Shown here one piece after another: positions 37,312 to 46,400 of a DNA stretch of 46,400 nucleotides. The notes under the pieces are model-generated. The model saw only the letters and a list, made by a program, of their open reading frames with translations. It was not told where the DNA came from and searched no databases. Both the position numbers and the translations under genes were made by a program. Position 1 is the stretch's first letter; every line of letters starts with the position of its first letter. The stretch is from Macrostomum lignano. Lineage: Eukaryota. The stretch spans positions 1-46,400 of the forward strand of contig NIVC01004427.1 of the NCBI GenBank assembly GCA_002269645.1, given 5' to 3'.

Positions 37312-37392
37312 CTGTTAGCAGTGGTCTCCCTGCAATACTTGACCACCGAGAATACGCAGAAAGGTGCTTGACAGCCGGCGGCGAGAATCCAG
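37312..37392 (-). CDS. CABLES: CABLES exon 5
   Basis: (R)WILAAGCQAPFCVFSVVKY (cf. RIVLIS..SFCSIFSVLPY); TTTTCAG| acceptor, AG|GTAGGG donor. Confidence 0.85.
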
Positions 37393-37487
37393 CTGAAAAA
37401 TTATTTGTAAAACTTAATCAACAATTTCTCATTGACTTGGATTGACAATAAAGTACATTTGGAACCTTTCGAAATCGCAGACCTTAC

Positions 37488-37644
37488 CGTTCAGCCTGAG
37501 GGCGCTCCTTCCTCCCGGCCGAGCAGCAGTGATAGAAGGCTCTGGGCGGTGGCGAGCACTGCGGGAACGGGGCGGACGGCTGCTGCAGAGGCGGCAGCGG
37601 CTGTTGCTGGGCAGACGAACCCGATTTCTGGCGCTGTCTGCCAA
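37488..37644 (-). CDS. CABLES: CABLES exon 4
   Basis: GRQRQKSGSSAQQQ..RKERPQAE; donor ACG|GTAAGG. The frame is fixed by exon 5; the exact acceptor among tandem AGs is less certain. Confidence 0.72.
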
Positions 37645-37852
37645 CTGCCAGCGGTGGGGATGGCGGGGAGGGAGAATTGAAATTAATTATACATGTGCTT
37701 GATCTAGTAACTGGAGCCCCTAAATAAAAGTCATTGATGGGAAGAGTCATTGGTTCATTGATGCATGGTTAACTGTATCACTAAGTCACGAAGCCTTGGG
37801 CCACAATGTTACTGAGTAAGCGGTGGTTGCGTCATCACGAAATTTGGCCTTT

Positions 37853-38470
37853 GTGTCATTGGTCATTGGATTATGGAATCATTGGATCATAGGGTTATTG
37901 GGTCATAGGATAATTGGATCATTGGATCATGGGGTCATGGGTCATTGGTTCATGGGGTCATTGATTCATTGGGTCATTTGGTGATGGAATCATTGGGTCA
38001 TAGGGTTATTGGGTCATAGGATCATTGGATCATTGGATCATGGGTCATTGGGTCATTGGTTCATGGGGTCATTGATTCATTGGGTCATTTGGTCATGGAA
38101 TCATTGAGTCACAGGGTGATTGGGTCATTGGGTCATTGAGTAATTGAGTCATTTGGTCATGGAATCATTGAGTCACAGGGTGATTGGATCATTGGGTCAT
38201 TGAGTAATTGAGTCATTTGGTCATGGAATCATTGAGTAACAGGTTGATTGGATCATTGGGTCATTGAGTCCTTGGATCATTTGGTTATGGAATCATTGAG
38301 TCACGGGGTGATTGAATTATTGGGTCATTGAGTAATTGAGTCATTTGGTCATGGAAACATTGAGTCACAGGTTAATTGGATCATGGGTTGATGGGGTTAT
38401 CGGTCATCAACTCAAATCAGTGATCGGGTCATTCGAACTATTGAGTCAACAAGTGATTGGGTCATAAAGT
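37853..38470. repeat. Degenerate (GGTCATT/GGATCATT/GAGTCATT)n repeat with higher-order duplications, CABLES intron 3
   Basis: Recurring 7-9-bp motif, with 60-80-bp block duplications. Confidence 0.85.
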
Positions 38471-39046
38471 TAGGGCTCATCAGTAAATTGAATGAGTCAT
38501 GCATATAAGCCATGGAGCTATTTGGTCATTGAACCGGTCAAATTTTCAACAGTCAATTCTCTTACACTTGAATAGAATTTACATATTGAATTGTACTAGC
38601 AATCCAGCCCTCACATGTGAAAAGTTCACCAGAAATTTCATTCACACCAAAAGTTGAAAAAGTAATGACAAAACCATCGCTAAAAAGTAAATGTTGACAG
38701 AAAAATGATTGACAAATATTAAACTTTTTGTTTGCAAAATTTTACAACAAAAAGCAATACATAAAAGCATGGAAAAAACTGTTTTCAATTTCTCGAAGGA
38801 AAACAACGGATTGAAAAAGTAATGTTGTTGACGCTGAATCAACTCTGATTGTTATGCAGGAACTGGTAAAACAGATTTCCAAGATTTTATTTACATTAAA
38901 CTCGATACTCACCTTACAGGCTAGAAGGTAAGAGATTGTCTACGTTTCAGACGGGTTTTCGACTATTTTTTATAAACAACATCTACGGCAAACTATAAAT
39001 TCAAATGGTTAACGAAAACGAAAGTATTATGATAGCAGCGTAATTA

Positions 39047-39449
39047 TCATGTGACAGCTGTGTGACAATCATGTGACAGCTGTGTGACAATCATGTGACA
39101 GCTGTGTGACAATCATGTGACAGCTGTGTGACAATCATGAGACAACTGCGTGACAATCATGTGACAGCTGTGTGACAATCATGTGACAACTGCGTGACAA
39201 TCATGTGACAGCTGCGTGACAATCATGTGACAGCTGTGTGACAATCATGTGACAGCTGTGTGACAATCATGTGACAGCTGTGTGACAATCATGTGACAAC
39301 TGCGTGACAATCATGTGACAGCTGTGTGACAATCATGTGACAGCTGTGTGACAATCATGTGACAGCTGTGTGACAATCATGTGACAACTGCGTGACAATC
39401 ATGTGACAGCTGTGTGACAATCATGTGACAGCTGTGTGACAATCATGAC
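39047..39449. repeat. 22-bp minisatellite ATCATGTGACAGCTGTGTGACA, ~18 copies, CABLES intron 3
   Basis: Direct periodicity. Confidence 0.95.
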
Positions 39450-39572
39450 AACCTTGCTTCAACTAGCCGGAATTATAAATTTTAGACCTAGTAAAAGGAA
39501 ACTACAAAGGCTAAAATCAATCATCAGAAAGATGACATACAATTAGTTTCTGACAATGCGCATTGAACTCAC

Positions 39573-39637
39573 AGATGCCTTCGAAACCGCGACTCGACCG
39601 GGTTCTTGTCCGTCTGCGACTCGCCAGGCCTGTTTGA
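39573..39637 (-). CDS. CABLES: CABLES exon 3 (65-nt small exon)
   Basis: TTTGCAG| acceptor and TCT|GTGAGT donor; phases 2 and 1 reconcile exons 2 and 4. No homology support, and all three frames are open. Confidence 0.62.
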
Positions 39638-39925
39638 CTGCAAATACGAATATAAATCAATCGATCTACTCTTATTAGTAGTCTAGTAGGAAAAAATCAC
39701 AACCGGTTGAGAAACCCAACAATGGCTTTGGTAAATAACATTAGGAAATTACAGGACACCCCACAAGTAGGGCAATTAGGGATATCCACAGTGAGGGATA
39801 ACTTCAATTAGACACCCCGATTAAGATACCATCAGAACACCCTAATCAGAACACCTTAATTAGAACACCCTAATTAGAAAGCCTAATTACGACACCAAAT
39901 TAGGACACCAAACTCCGAAACTCGC

Positions 39926-40350
39926 CTGGCAGCCAGCCCGTCCTCCGGAACGGCGACTTCCGAGCGGCAGGAGATGGCCGACAGCTGCAGCATCAGCCCG
40001 GAGCTGGGCGCCTCCGCAGCCGTCGCAGCCGCCACATCCTCTATAGCCAGCACGGAGCTCCGATTCGACGAAGAGGCTCCGGACCGCTGCCGACTACGAG
40101 ACGTCACTGCGAATCCGGGCACGTCGCCGCCGCCAAGCTCCGGCACGCTGAGAAGGGGGACAGTCAGCACCGCGGGCGGCGGCAGTGGGGGCGGCAGGGA
40201 CGACGCGTGACCGACGAACGCGGGCGCAGTCGGAGGGGCGGCTGACGCCGAATCGACTGAAAACGACGAAGCGACAGACATTCGGCAGGTTGCAGCGACG
40301 GCGGCGGCGGCGGCCGGGGCGGGCAGCGACCGCTCCCTGGTGGCGACGGG
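39926..40350 (-). CDS. CABLES: CABLES exon 2, low-complexity Ala/Pro/Ser region
   Basis: Open GC-rich frame between repeat blocks; acceptor TTCAAG| phase 0; donor CAG|GCGAGT (GC-AG). Both boundaries are inferred. Confidence 0.65.
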
Positions 40351-40402
40351 CTTGAAGGATAGTGCGATGGGATGGGCATGAAGACACAGAGAATTGCAGT
40401 GA

Positions 40403-40455
<53 letters not shown>

Positions 40456-40456
40456 A

Positions 40457-40553
<97 letters not shown>

Positions 40554-40813
40554 CTAAGACAGACAGACAGACAGACAGACACTAAGACAGACAGACAGAC
40601 AGACAGACACTAAGACAGACAGACAGACAGACAGACACTAAGACACTAAGACAGACAGACAGACAGACAGACAGACACTAAGACAGACAGACAGACAGAC
40701 AGACAGACACTAAGACAGACAGACAGACAGACAGACACTAAGACAGACAGACAGACAGACACTAAGACAGACAGACAGACAGACAGACAGACACTAAGAC
40801 AGACAGACATACG

Positions 40814-40849
<36 letters not shown>

Positions 40850-40884
40850 CTAAGACAGACAGACAGACAGACAGACAGACACTA

Positions 40885-40937
<53 letters not shown>

Positions 40938-40957
40938 CTAAGACAGACAGACATACG

Positions 40958-40993
<36 letters not shown>

Positions 40994-41028
40994 CTAAGAC
41001 AGACAGACAGACAGACAGACAGACACTA

Positions 41029-41061
<33 letters not shown>

Positions 41062-41081
41062 CTAAGACAGACAGACATACG

Positions 41082-41117
<36 letters not shown>

Positions 41118-41221
41118 CTAAGACAGACAGACAGACAGACAGACAGACACTAAGACAGACAGACAGACACTAAGACAGACAGACAGACAGACAGACAGAC
41201 ACTAAGACAGACAGACATACG

Positions 41222-41257
<36 letters not shown>

Positions 41258-41292
41258 CTAAGACAGACAGACAGACAGACAGACAGACACTA

Positions 41293-41327
<35 letters not shown>
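40403..41327. repeat. (GACA)n microsatellite with ~20 CACTAAG interruptions and four CATACGGACGGA markers, CABLES intron 1
   Basis: Tetranucleotide periodicity; markers at 40808, 40952, 41076 and 41216. Confidence 0.96.
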
Positions 41328-41335
41328 GCGGGCAC

Positions 41336-41626
41336 CTGAGCGGGCACCGCAGTGGAGCCGCCGTCCCCACCGAGAGCAGCGGCCTCATTGCCAGCCAAGT
41401 AGACGCCGTCCAACGAGATGTTGCTGAGGAAGTTCAGAGCCGCGATGCGTCTTCGGGCTTTTGACTTGGCCGCCGTTCGGCTCCGCTTCGAGGGGATCGG
41501 CAGAGCGTCGCCGAGATGCCGCCCGACGCCGACCGAACGGTCGGTAGAGGCGGCCTGCGCGGCGGCAGCCCAAACGGCGGCCGCTTCAACAGCGGGCGGC
41601 ACCTCCTTTGACGACGCCGGCTTCAG
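41336..41626 (-). CDS. CABLES: CABLES exon 1 (5'-most exon found; lacks ATG)
   Basis: RRRIAALNFLSNISLDG is the conserved CABLES N-terminal motif; donor CAG|GTGCCC. Join 41626-41336, 40350-39926, 39637-39573, 37644-37488, 37392-37312, 36037-35911, 35618-35405, 34634-34531, 33738-33598, 33010-32948, 32854-32750, 31304-31167 = 1911 nt (637 codons including stop). Confidence 0.85.
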
Positions 41627-41642
41627 CTGAAGTGAAAAGGGG
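41627..41642 (-). promoter_or_regulatory. Unpaired 3' splice acceptor CCCCTTTTCACTTCAG, candidate SL trans-splice site
   Basis: Pyrimidine tract plus CAG in phase 0 with CABLES; in-frame TGA at 41665-41663; no convincing upstream coding exon or donor before MCM9. Confidence 0.55.
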
Positions 41643-41667
41643 CCGGAGTTGGCGCTGATGCATCAGA

Positions 41668-42321
41668 GGATAGAGTGGGAGATGAGGAGATAGAGTGGGA
41701 GATGGGGGATAGAATGGGTGATGAGGGGATAGAGTGGGAGATGAGGGGATAGAATGCGAGATGAGGGGATAGAGTGGGAGATGAGGAGATAGAGTGGGAG
41801 ATGAGGAGATAGAGTGGGAGATGGGGGATGGAATGGGAGATGAGGGGATAGATCAGTGGGAGATGAGGGGATATGGGAGATGAGGGATAGAATGGGAGAT
41901 GAGGGGATAGAGTGGGAGATGGGGGATGGAATGGGAGATGAGGGGATAGATCACTGGGATATGAAGGGATAGAATGGGAGATGAGGGGATAGAATGGGAG
42001 ATGAGGGGATAGAATGGGAGATGAGGGGATAGAATGGGAGATGAGGGGATAGAATGGGAGATGAGGGGATAGAATGGGAGATGAGGGGATAGAATGGGAG
42101 ATGAGGGGATAGAGTGGGAGATGGGGGATGGAATGGGAGATGAGGGGATAGAATGGGAGATGAGGGGATAGAATGGGAGATGAGGGGATAGAATGGGAGA
42201 TGAGGGGATAGAATGGGAGATGAGGGGATAGAATGGGAGATGAGGGGATAGAATGGGAGATGAGGGGATAGAATGGGAGATGAGGGGATAGAATGGGAGA
42301 TGAGGGGATAGAATGGGAGAT
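41668..42321. repeat. 20-bp minisatellite GGGAGATGAGGGGATAGAAT, ~32 copies, between MCM9 and CABLES
   Basis: Direct periodicity; almost no C on +, hence almost no G on the transcribed strand. Confidence 0.95.
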
Positions 42322-42419
42322 ATATAGAAGGACACGAATTTAGCTGAGATAGGGTCAAATAAAAGGAAAGATTCTCGTTATAGAAAACAGCAAAGCAAAA
42401 AGGAGGAAGACCAATAAGC

Positions 42420-42425
42420 TTTATT
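42420..42425 (-). promoter_or_regulatory. Putative polyadenylation signal (AATAAA) of MCM9
   Basis: TTTATT on +, ~190 nt after the inferred stop, followed on the minus strand by a U-rich tract. Confidence 0.5.
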
Positions 42426-42617
42426 ACAACCGAAAGTTAAAAGTCCTGCTTTCAAAAGAAAGACAGAAATGAATTGCTTGAAATTAATTAGCTTCAAAAA
42501 AGCATGCAGAGCAAAACTGGGTGGCCCCGCTTTGAAGTAACAGTAAAAAGAGCGAAACACTGACTGAGATGGAAAACATATAAGTACATGTACTTATATC
42601 TATTGGGGAAAATGCAA

Positions 42618-44218
42618 CTACAAATCAAAATCTGACTCGTTGAGCAGTTCGTCGATGCTGAACAGTTGAGCCGCACTGGCCTCGGCGGGAGCATCTAAAG
42701 CGGATTTGGGGGCGGATTCGGGAGCGGATTTGGGGCGGATTCGGGAGCGGATTTGGGGGCGGATTCGGGAGCGGATTTAGGGGCGGATTTGGGGGCGGTT
42801 TTTCGCGGATCTTGGGAGCATTCAAAAGCCCTCAACTTGGCCATTGTGCCCTGAGCAAGCGGACGGCTTGAAAGACCACCGCCGCCGCCGCCTGCAGAAG
42901 CCGTTGACGAAGACGTCGTTGGCACAGCAGACAGCCGCTTGAACGCAAACCTCTGACTCGGCTGCTGACTATTGGTGATGGCGGCAGCTGGTGATGGCGG
43001 CGGCAGCATCGGAGCGCCTGAGAGCCTGCCAGAGTTCTCCGGCTGAGTCTGGTTGGTATCCATGGCAACGACAGCCGCTGTTTTTCCGCCGACGGCCTCC
43101 TTCGGCGTCTCCAGGTTGTCAATAATGTCGGGAATGTTAAAATCGTCAATGGAAAATATTGGACAAAACGCGTTGGAAGCCTTCAAACCGGAAGTGGCCG
43201 GACCGGAAGTGGCCGAACCGGAAGTACCCAGACCGGAAGTAGCCGGGCCGGAAGTAGCCCGACCGGAAGTGGCCGGAACGGAAGTGGCCGGAGGATTGAA
43301 AACTCGGTCGCTATTCTGCCCAGCCTGAAACCAGTCAGTCTGAATGTCGAACTGCAATGCGGCGCTAGACGCTGAAGAAATCGATTGAACGAGAGTATTG
43401 GCGACATTGTCAACTGCTAGCGACGACTTGGCGTTTTCCCATTTTCGCTTGTCGTTGTCCTCGTCATTGTTGTCGACGTCATCGACAATCGTGCGGCGAC
43501 GCTTTGCCGGCGAAGCCGACGATGCCGAGGAGGCCAGGCGCGACTTCTCGCCGGCGCGGAACTCTTGACGCGACAGCGCCAGAACCGGCCGACCGCCCGG
43601 CGGAGACAAATTTATCACCGACGCAGCATCGATAGCGTCACCGATCATAGTTCCAACTTCTCCGTCGACGGCGGACGCCAGCAGACGGTGCAGCCCGAGT
43701 GCGGCCAGCAGCTGGCGGGCCTCCTGAGCAAACTCGGCATCCGGCTGCTCCGGGAAGCCGGCTAGCGGCCCGACACCCACGCCGCCGCCTCTGCCATTTC
43801 CTGGAACCAGAGCGGCGCCGACCATGGAGGCTTCAACAACCGAGACGGCCATGAGCGCGTCCAGCAGGCTGACAGTCGGCCTGAGCATCAGCCTGGCGTG
43901 AGCTTCGGCCAGCCGGATGCAGCTCTCCAATAGGCGCGTGGTTGTCCGCGCGGCGCTACGATCGGCGCCAAGTTGATCCGGCGTCGTGGCCGCCCGCTGG
44001 CGCTGATAGTAAGCGGTCAGTACGGCGCCGGCCTCGGCTCCGATGGTCGGGTTGATGCTGCGAGCGTACGCAAAGTAGGCCTGCAGGCGCTCCAGGTTCC
44101 ACACTGGCTGCCGCCGCTGCTGCTGCTGGGGTTCACTCGCTGCCGGCGCCAATGTCGGCGCGTTCTCCTTGTCGTTGGCCGGCGACTCGTTCGAGTCCTC
44201 GGAATCTTCGGGTCGTCG
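42618..44218 (-). CDS. MCM9: MCM9 last exon (end of AAA+ region plus long disordered C-terminus); requires two 1-bp corrections
   Basis: WNLERLQAYFAYARSINP, YYQRQR and ARTTTRLLESCIRLAEAHARLM. Acceptor CTCCAG| at 44219. The frame continues to ..LFSIDELLNESDFDL* (TAG 42620-42618) if one base is restored in the G4 run at 42732-42735. Confidence 0.82.
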
Positions 44219-44378
44219 CTGGAGCGGTGAAATAAGAGAAGTTGAAGATTCCAAAATCTCAAACAGCTTTTCAATTTCTATCTAGTAGCGCAATAGCAAT
44301 CTCAAGTCCCCATCCCGTGTCTAATCCCAATCAACAACAATTATCCCAATCAAATCCCTATAAAAGAACGGGGCGCAC

Positions 44379-45027
44379 CGCTCGATAAGGGCCTTGAGCA
44401 CGTGCTCAGACACGGCGGCATCCCAGGCCGGGTCGCCCCTATCCAGCATGACCAGCACGAGGTCGAAGCGGCTGAGCAGCGGGCTGGCCAGGTTGGTGTT
44501 GACGCTGAGGCTCTGGCCGGTGTCCAGCTTGCCGTGCGGGTTGGTGGCGGCCAGCACGGAGCAGCGGGTGTTGAGCTTGCACACCAGGCCGGCCTTGGCC
44601 ACGGACAGGGTCTGCTGCTCCATGGCCTCGTGAATGCAGGTCCGGTCCCGCTCGCCAACGGAGTTGAACTCGTCAATGCAGCAGACTCCGCCGTCGGCCA
44701 GCACGAGAGCTCCGGCCTCCAGGGCCCACTGGCCGCCTTCGCGAACTGCGGCGGCGGTCAGGCCGGCGGCGCTGCTGCCGACTCCGGTGGTGAGCACCGA
44801 GCGGCTGGCGAGGCGGCTGGCAAAGCGCAGGAACTGCGACTTGCCGGTGCCCGGATCGCCAATTAGCAGCAGGTGCGGCTGGCCGCGGGTCCGGTGCCCG
44901 CTCTCGGTGGACTTCTGGACACCGCCGGCCAGGGTGAGGGCGACGGCCAGTTTGGCCAGACGGAGGCCGCACAGCTGCGGGCAGATGCCGGCCAGGATTC
45001 GATCCCGGGCCAGCAGCGGCTGGTCGC
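44379..45027 (-). CDS. MCM9: MCM9 AAA+ ATPase exon
   Basis: [21 protein letters not shown], Walker [37 protein letters not shown] (Walker B), [24 protein letters not shown], arginine finger SRFDL. The wording is MCM9-type rather than MCM2-7 or MCM8. Acceptor TACAG|, donor CG|GTGCGC. Confidence 0.95.
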
Positions 45028-45077
45028 CTGTAGTGGGGAAGGGGAAGTTAGGAACCACACGTAGTTGACAGGTATGC

Positions 45078-45775
45078 GAATTGTGACAGCAGGGAATTGT
45101 GACAGCAGGGAATTGTGACAGCAGGGAATTGTGACAGCAGGGAATTGTGACAGTAGGGAATTGTGACAGTAGGGAATTGGAGTGACAGCTTGGAGAATCA
45201 GAGCAGGTGACAGCAGGGGAATCAGAGCAGGTGACAGCAGGGGGAATCAAAGCAGGTGACCGCATGGGGAATCAGAGCAGGTGACATCATAGGGAATCAG
45301 AGCAGGTGACATCATGAGGAATCAGAGCAGGTGACATCATGGGGAATCAGAACAGGTGACAGCATGGGGAATCAGAGCAGGTGACAGCAGGGGGAATCAG
45401 AACAGGTGACAACAGGGGAATCAGAGCAGGTGACAGCAGGGGGAATCAGAGCAGGTGACAGCAGGGAAATCAGAACAGGTGACAACAGGGGGGAATCAGA
45501 GCAGGTGACAGCAGGGGGAATCAGAGCAGGTGACAGCAGGGAAATCAGAACAGGTGACAGCAGGGGGAATCAGAACAGGTGACAGCAGGGGAATCAGAGC
45601 AGGTGACAGCATGGGGAATCAGAGCAGGTGACCGCATGGGGAATCAGAGCAGGTGACAGCATGGGGAATCAGAGCAGGTGACCGCATGGGGAATCAGAGC
45701 AGGTGACAGCATGGGAATAAGAGCAGGTGACCGCATGGGAATCAGGCAGGTGACCGCATGGGGAATCAGAGCAGC
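45078..45775. repeat. Compound minisatellite: 16-bp AATTGTGACAG(C/T)AGGG x6, then ~25-bp GGGAATCAGAGCAGGTGACAGCA(T/G)G x~23, MCM9 intron
   Basis: Direct periodicity. Confidence 0.93.
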
Positions 45776-45798
45776 AGCCCCCTGCAGCCCAGGCTGAC

Positions 45799-46024
45799 CA
45801 GCGGAGGCCCAGTAGTCGTGGAACTCCTTGCGCCTCTCGTTGGTGACCAGCTGGCAGCTGCGCTGGGCGCCAAGGCTCTCCTCCAGCGCGCAGCAGCGCA
45901 GCACGAGGTCGCACTCGCGCCGGCTGGCCGGGCAGCAGCGTCTGCCAGCGGCGCAGCACAACGCCGACACCTGGACGTCCTCGCCTGGCTGACAGGCGTC
46001 GACAAGGTCGTGCTCGAGACACAC
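45799..46024 (-). CDS. MCM9: MCM9 OB-fold exon (5'-most in window; the gene continues beyond the right edge)
   Basis: VCLEHDLVDACQPGEDVQV..CDLVL..KEFHDYW (cf. LEDDLVDSCKSGDD..CDVEIVL..EFEDFW); GGCAG| acceptor, G|GTCAGC donor, phase 1. Confidence 0.88.
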
Positions 46025-46189
46025 CTGCCGGGATTTGGGGTTTGAGATGGCTTTCGGGTCGAATGCTGCCATTTAAGAGAGTTGTACACATGCTCATATT
46101 CCTATATGATCCCAAATGATAATCCGATCCCATTTTATTCCAAATCCGTAACATCCTAATCCCTGCTTAATCTCAGGTTTCTCCTCAAG

Positions 46190-46400
46190 CCAAAAGTCCC
46201 TACTTAACTTTTAAATCCCCGCTTAACTCTAAAATCACTACTCAACCCTAAAATCCCTACTCAATCGCTTAAAATATCTCTCAACCCAAAATCCCAACTT
46301 GTCTTACAATCCCTACTCAACCTCTAAAATCTCCTACTCAACCCAAAATCCCTACTCAACCCTAAAATCCCCACTTCAACCCTAAAATCCTGCTCAACCC
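46190..46400. repeat. Degenerate AACCCTAAAATCCCTACTC-type repeat, MCM9 intron (runs off the window)
   Basis: Recurring 18-20-bp motif. Confidence 0.8.

Noticed and set aside
41258-41602. GTG start at 41602 for CABLES
   Set aside because: This is a prokaryote-style ORF-caller start; the frame is open back to the acceptor at 41627, and the 3' part of the ORF runs into intronic (TGTC)n.
42695-44254. 519-aa ORF as a stand-alone gene
   Set aside because: It starts at a TTG inside an intron, contains the MCM9 C-terminal helicase motifs, and its end is a frameshift within the KSAP repeat; it is treated as the last MCM9 exon.
44379-45027. MCM8 or MCM2-7 identity
   Set aside because: The motif wording ([45 protein letters not shown]) and the long disordered C-tail fit MCM9 better.

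Overview
Eukaryotic, intron-rich, extremely repeat-dense DNA. GC-rich exons with poly-Ala/Gly tracts and introns filled by unrelated minisatellites suggest a free-living flatworm such as Macrostomum lignano (an inference from style, not a database result). Three host genes were reconstructed by hand from splice sites and frame. (1) A 3-exon class A neuropeptide GPCR of the neuromedin-U/PRXamide receptor type on + (9699-14060). (2) A 12-exon CABLES cyclin-like gene on - (41626-31167, 1911 nt, frame closes). (3) The last three exons of MCM9 on - (46024-42618), with several apparent 1-bp indels. Mobile DNA comprises an RT-less Mag-like Ty3/Gypsy LTR element (5202-7749) nested inside a 33-bp inverted-repeat element, and a tRNA-derived CORE-type SINE (30553-30850). 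There is also an 8-kb, 50-bp satellite (14388-22339) and more than 20 other tandem arrays. Top hypothesis: CABLES has no in-frame ATG upstream of its conserved N-terminal motif and begins at a phase-0 splice acceptor about 1 kb downstream of the co-oriented MCM9 stop. This fits an MCM9-CABLES operon or outron resolved by spliced-leader trans-splicing, with the flatworm SL 3'-terminal AUG supplying the start codon. Most ORFs in the supplied track are repeat-derived or antisense shadows.
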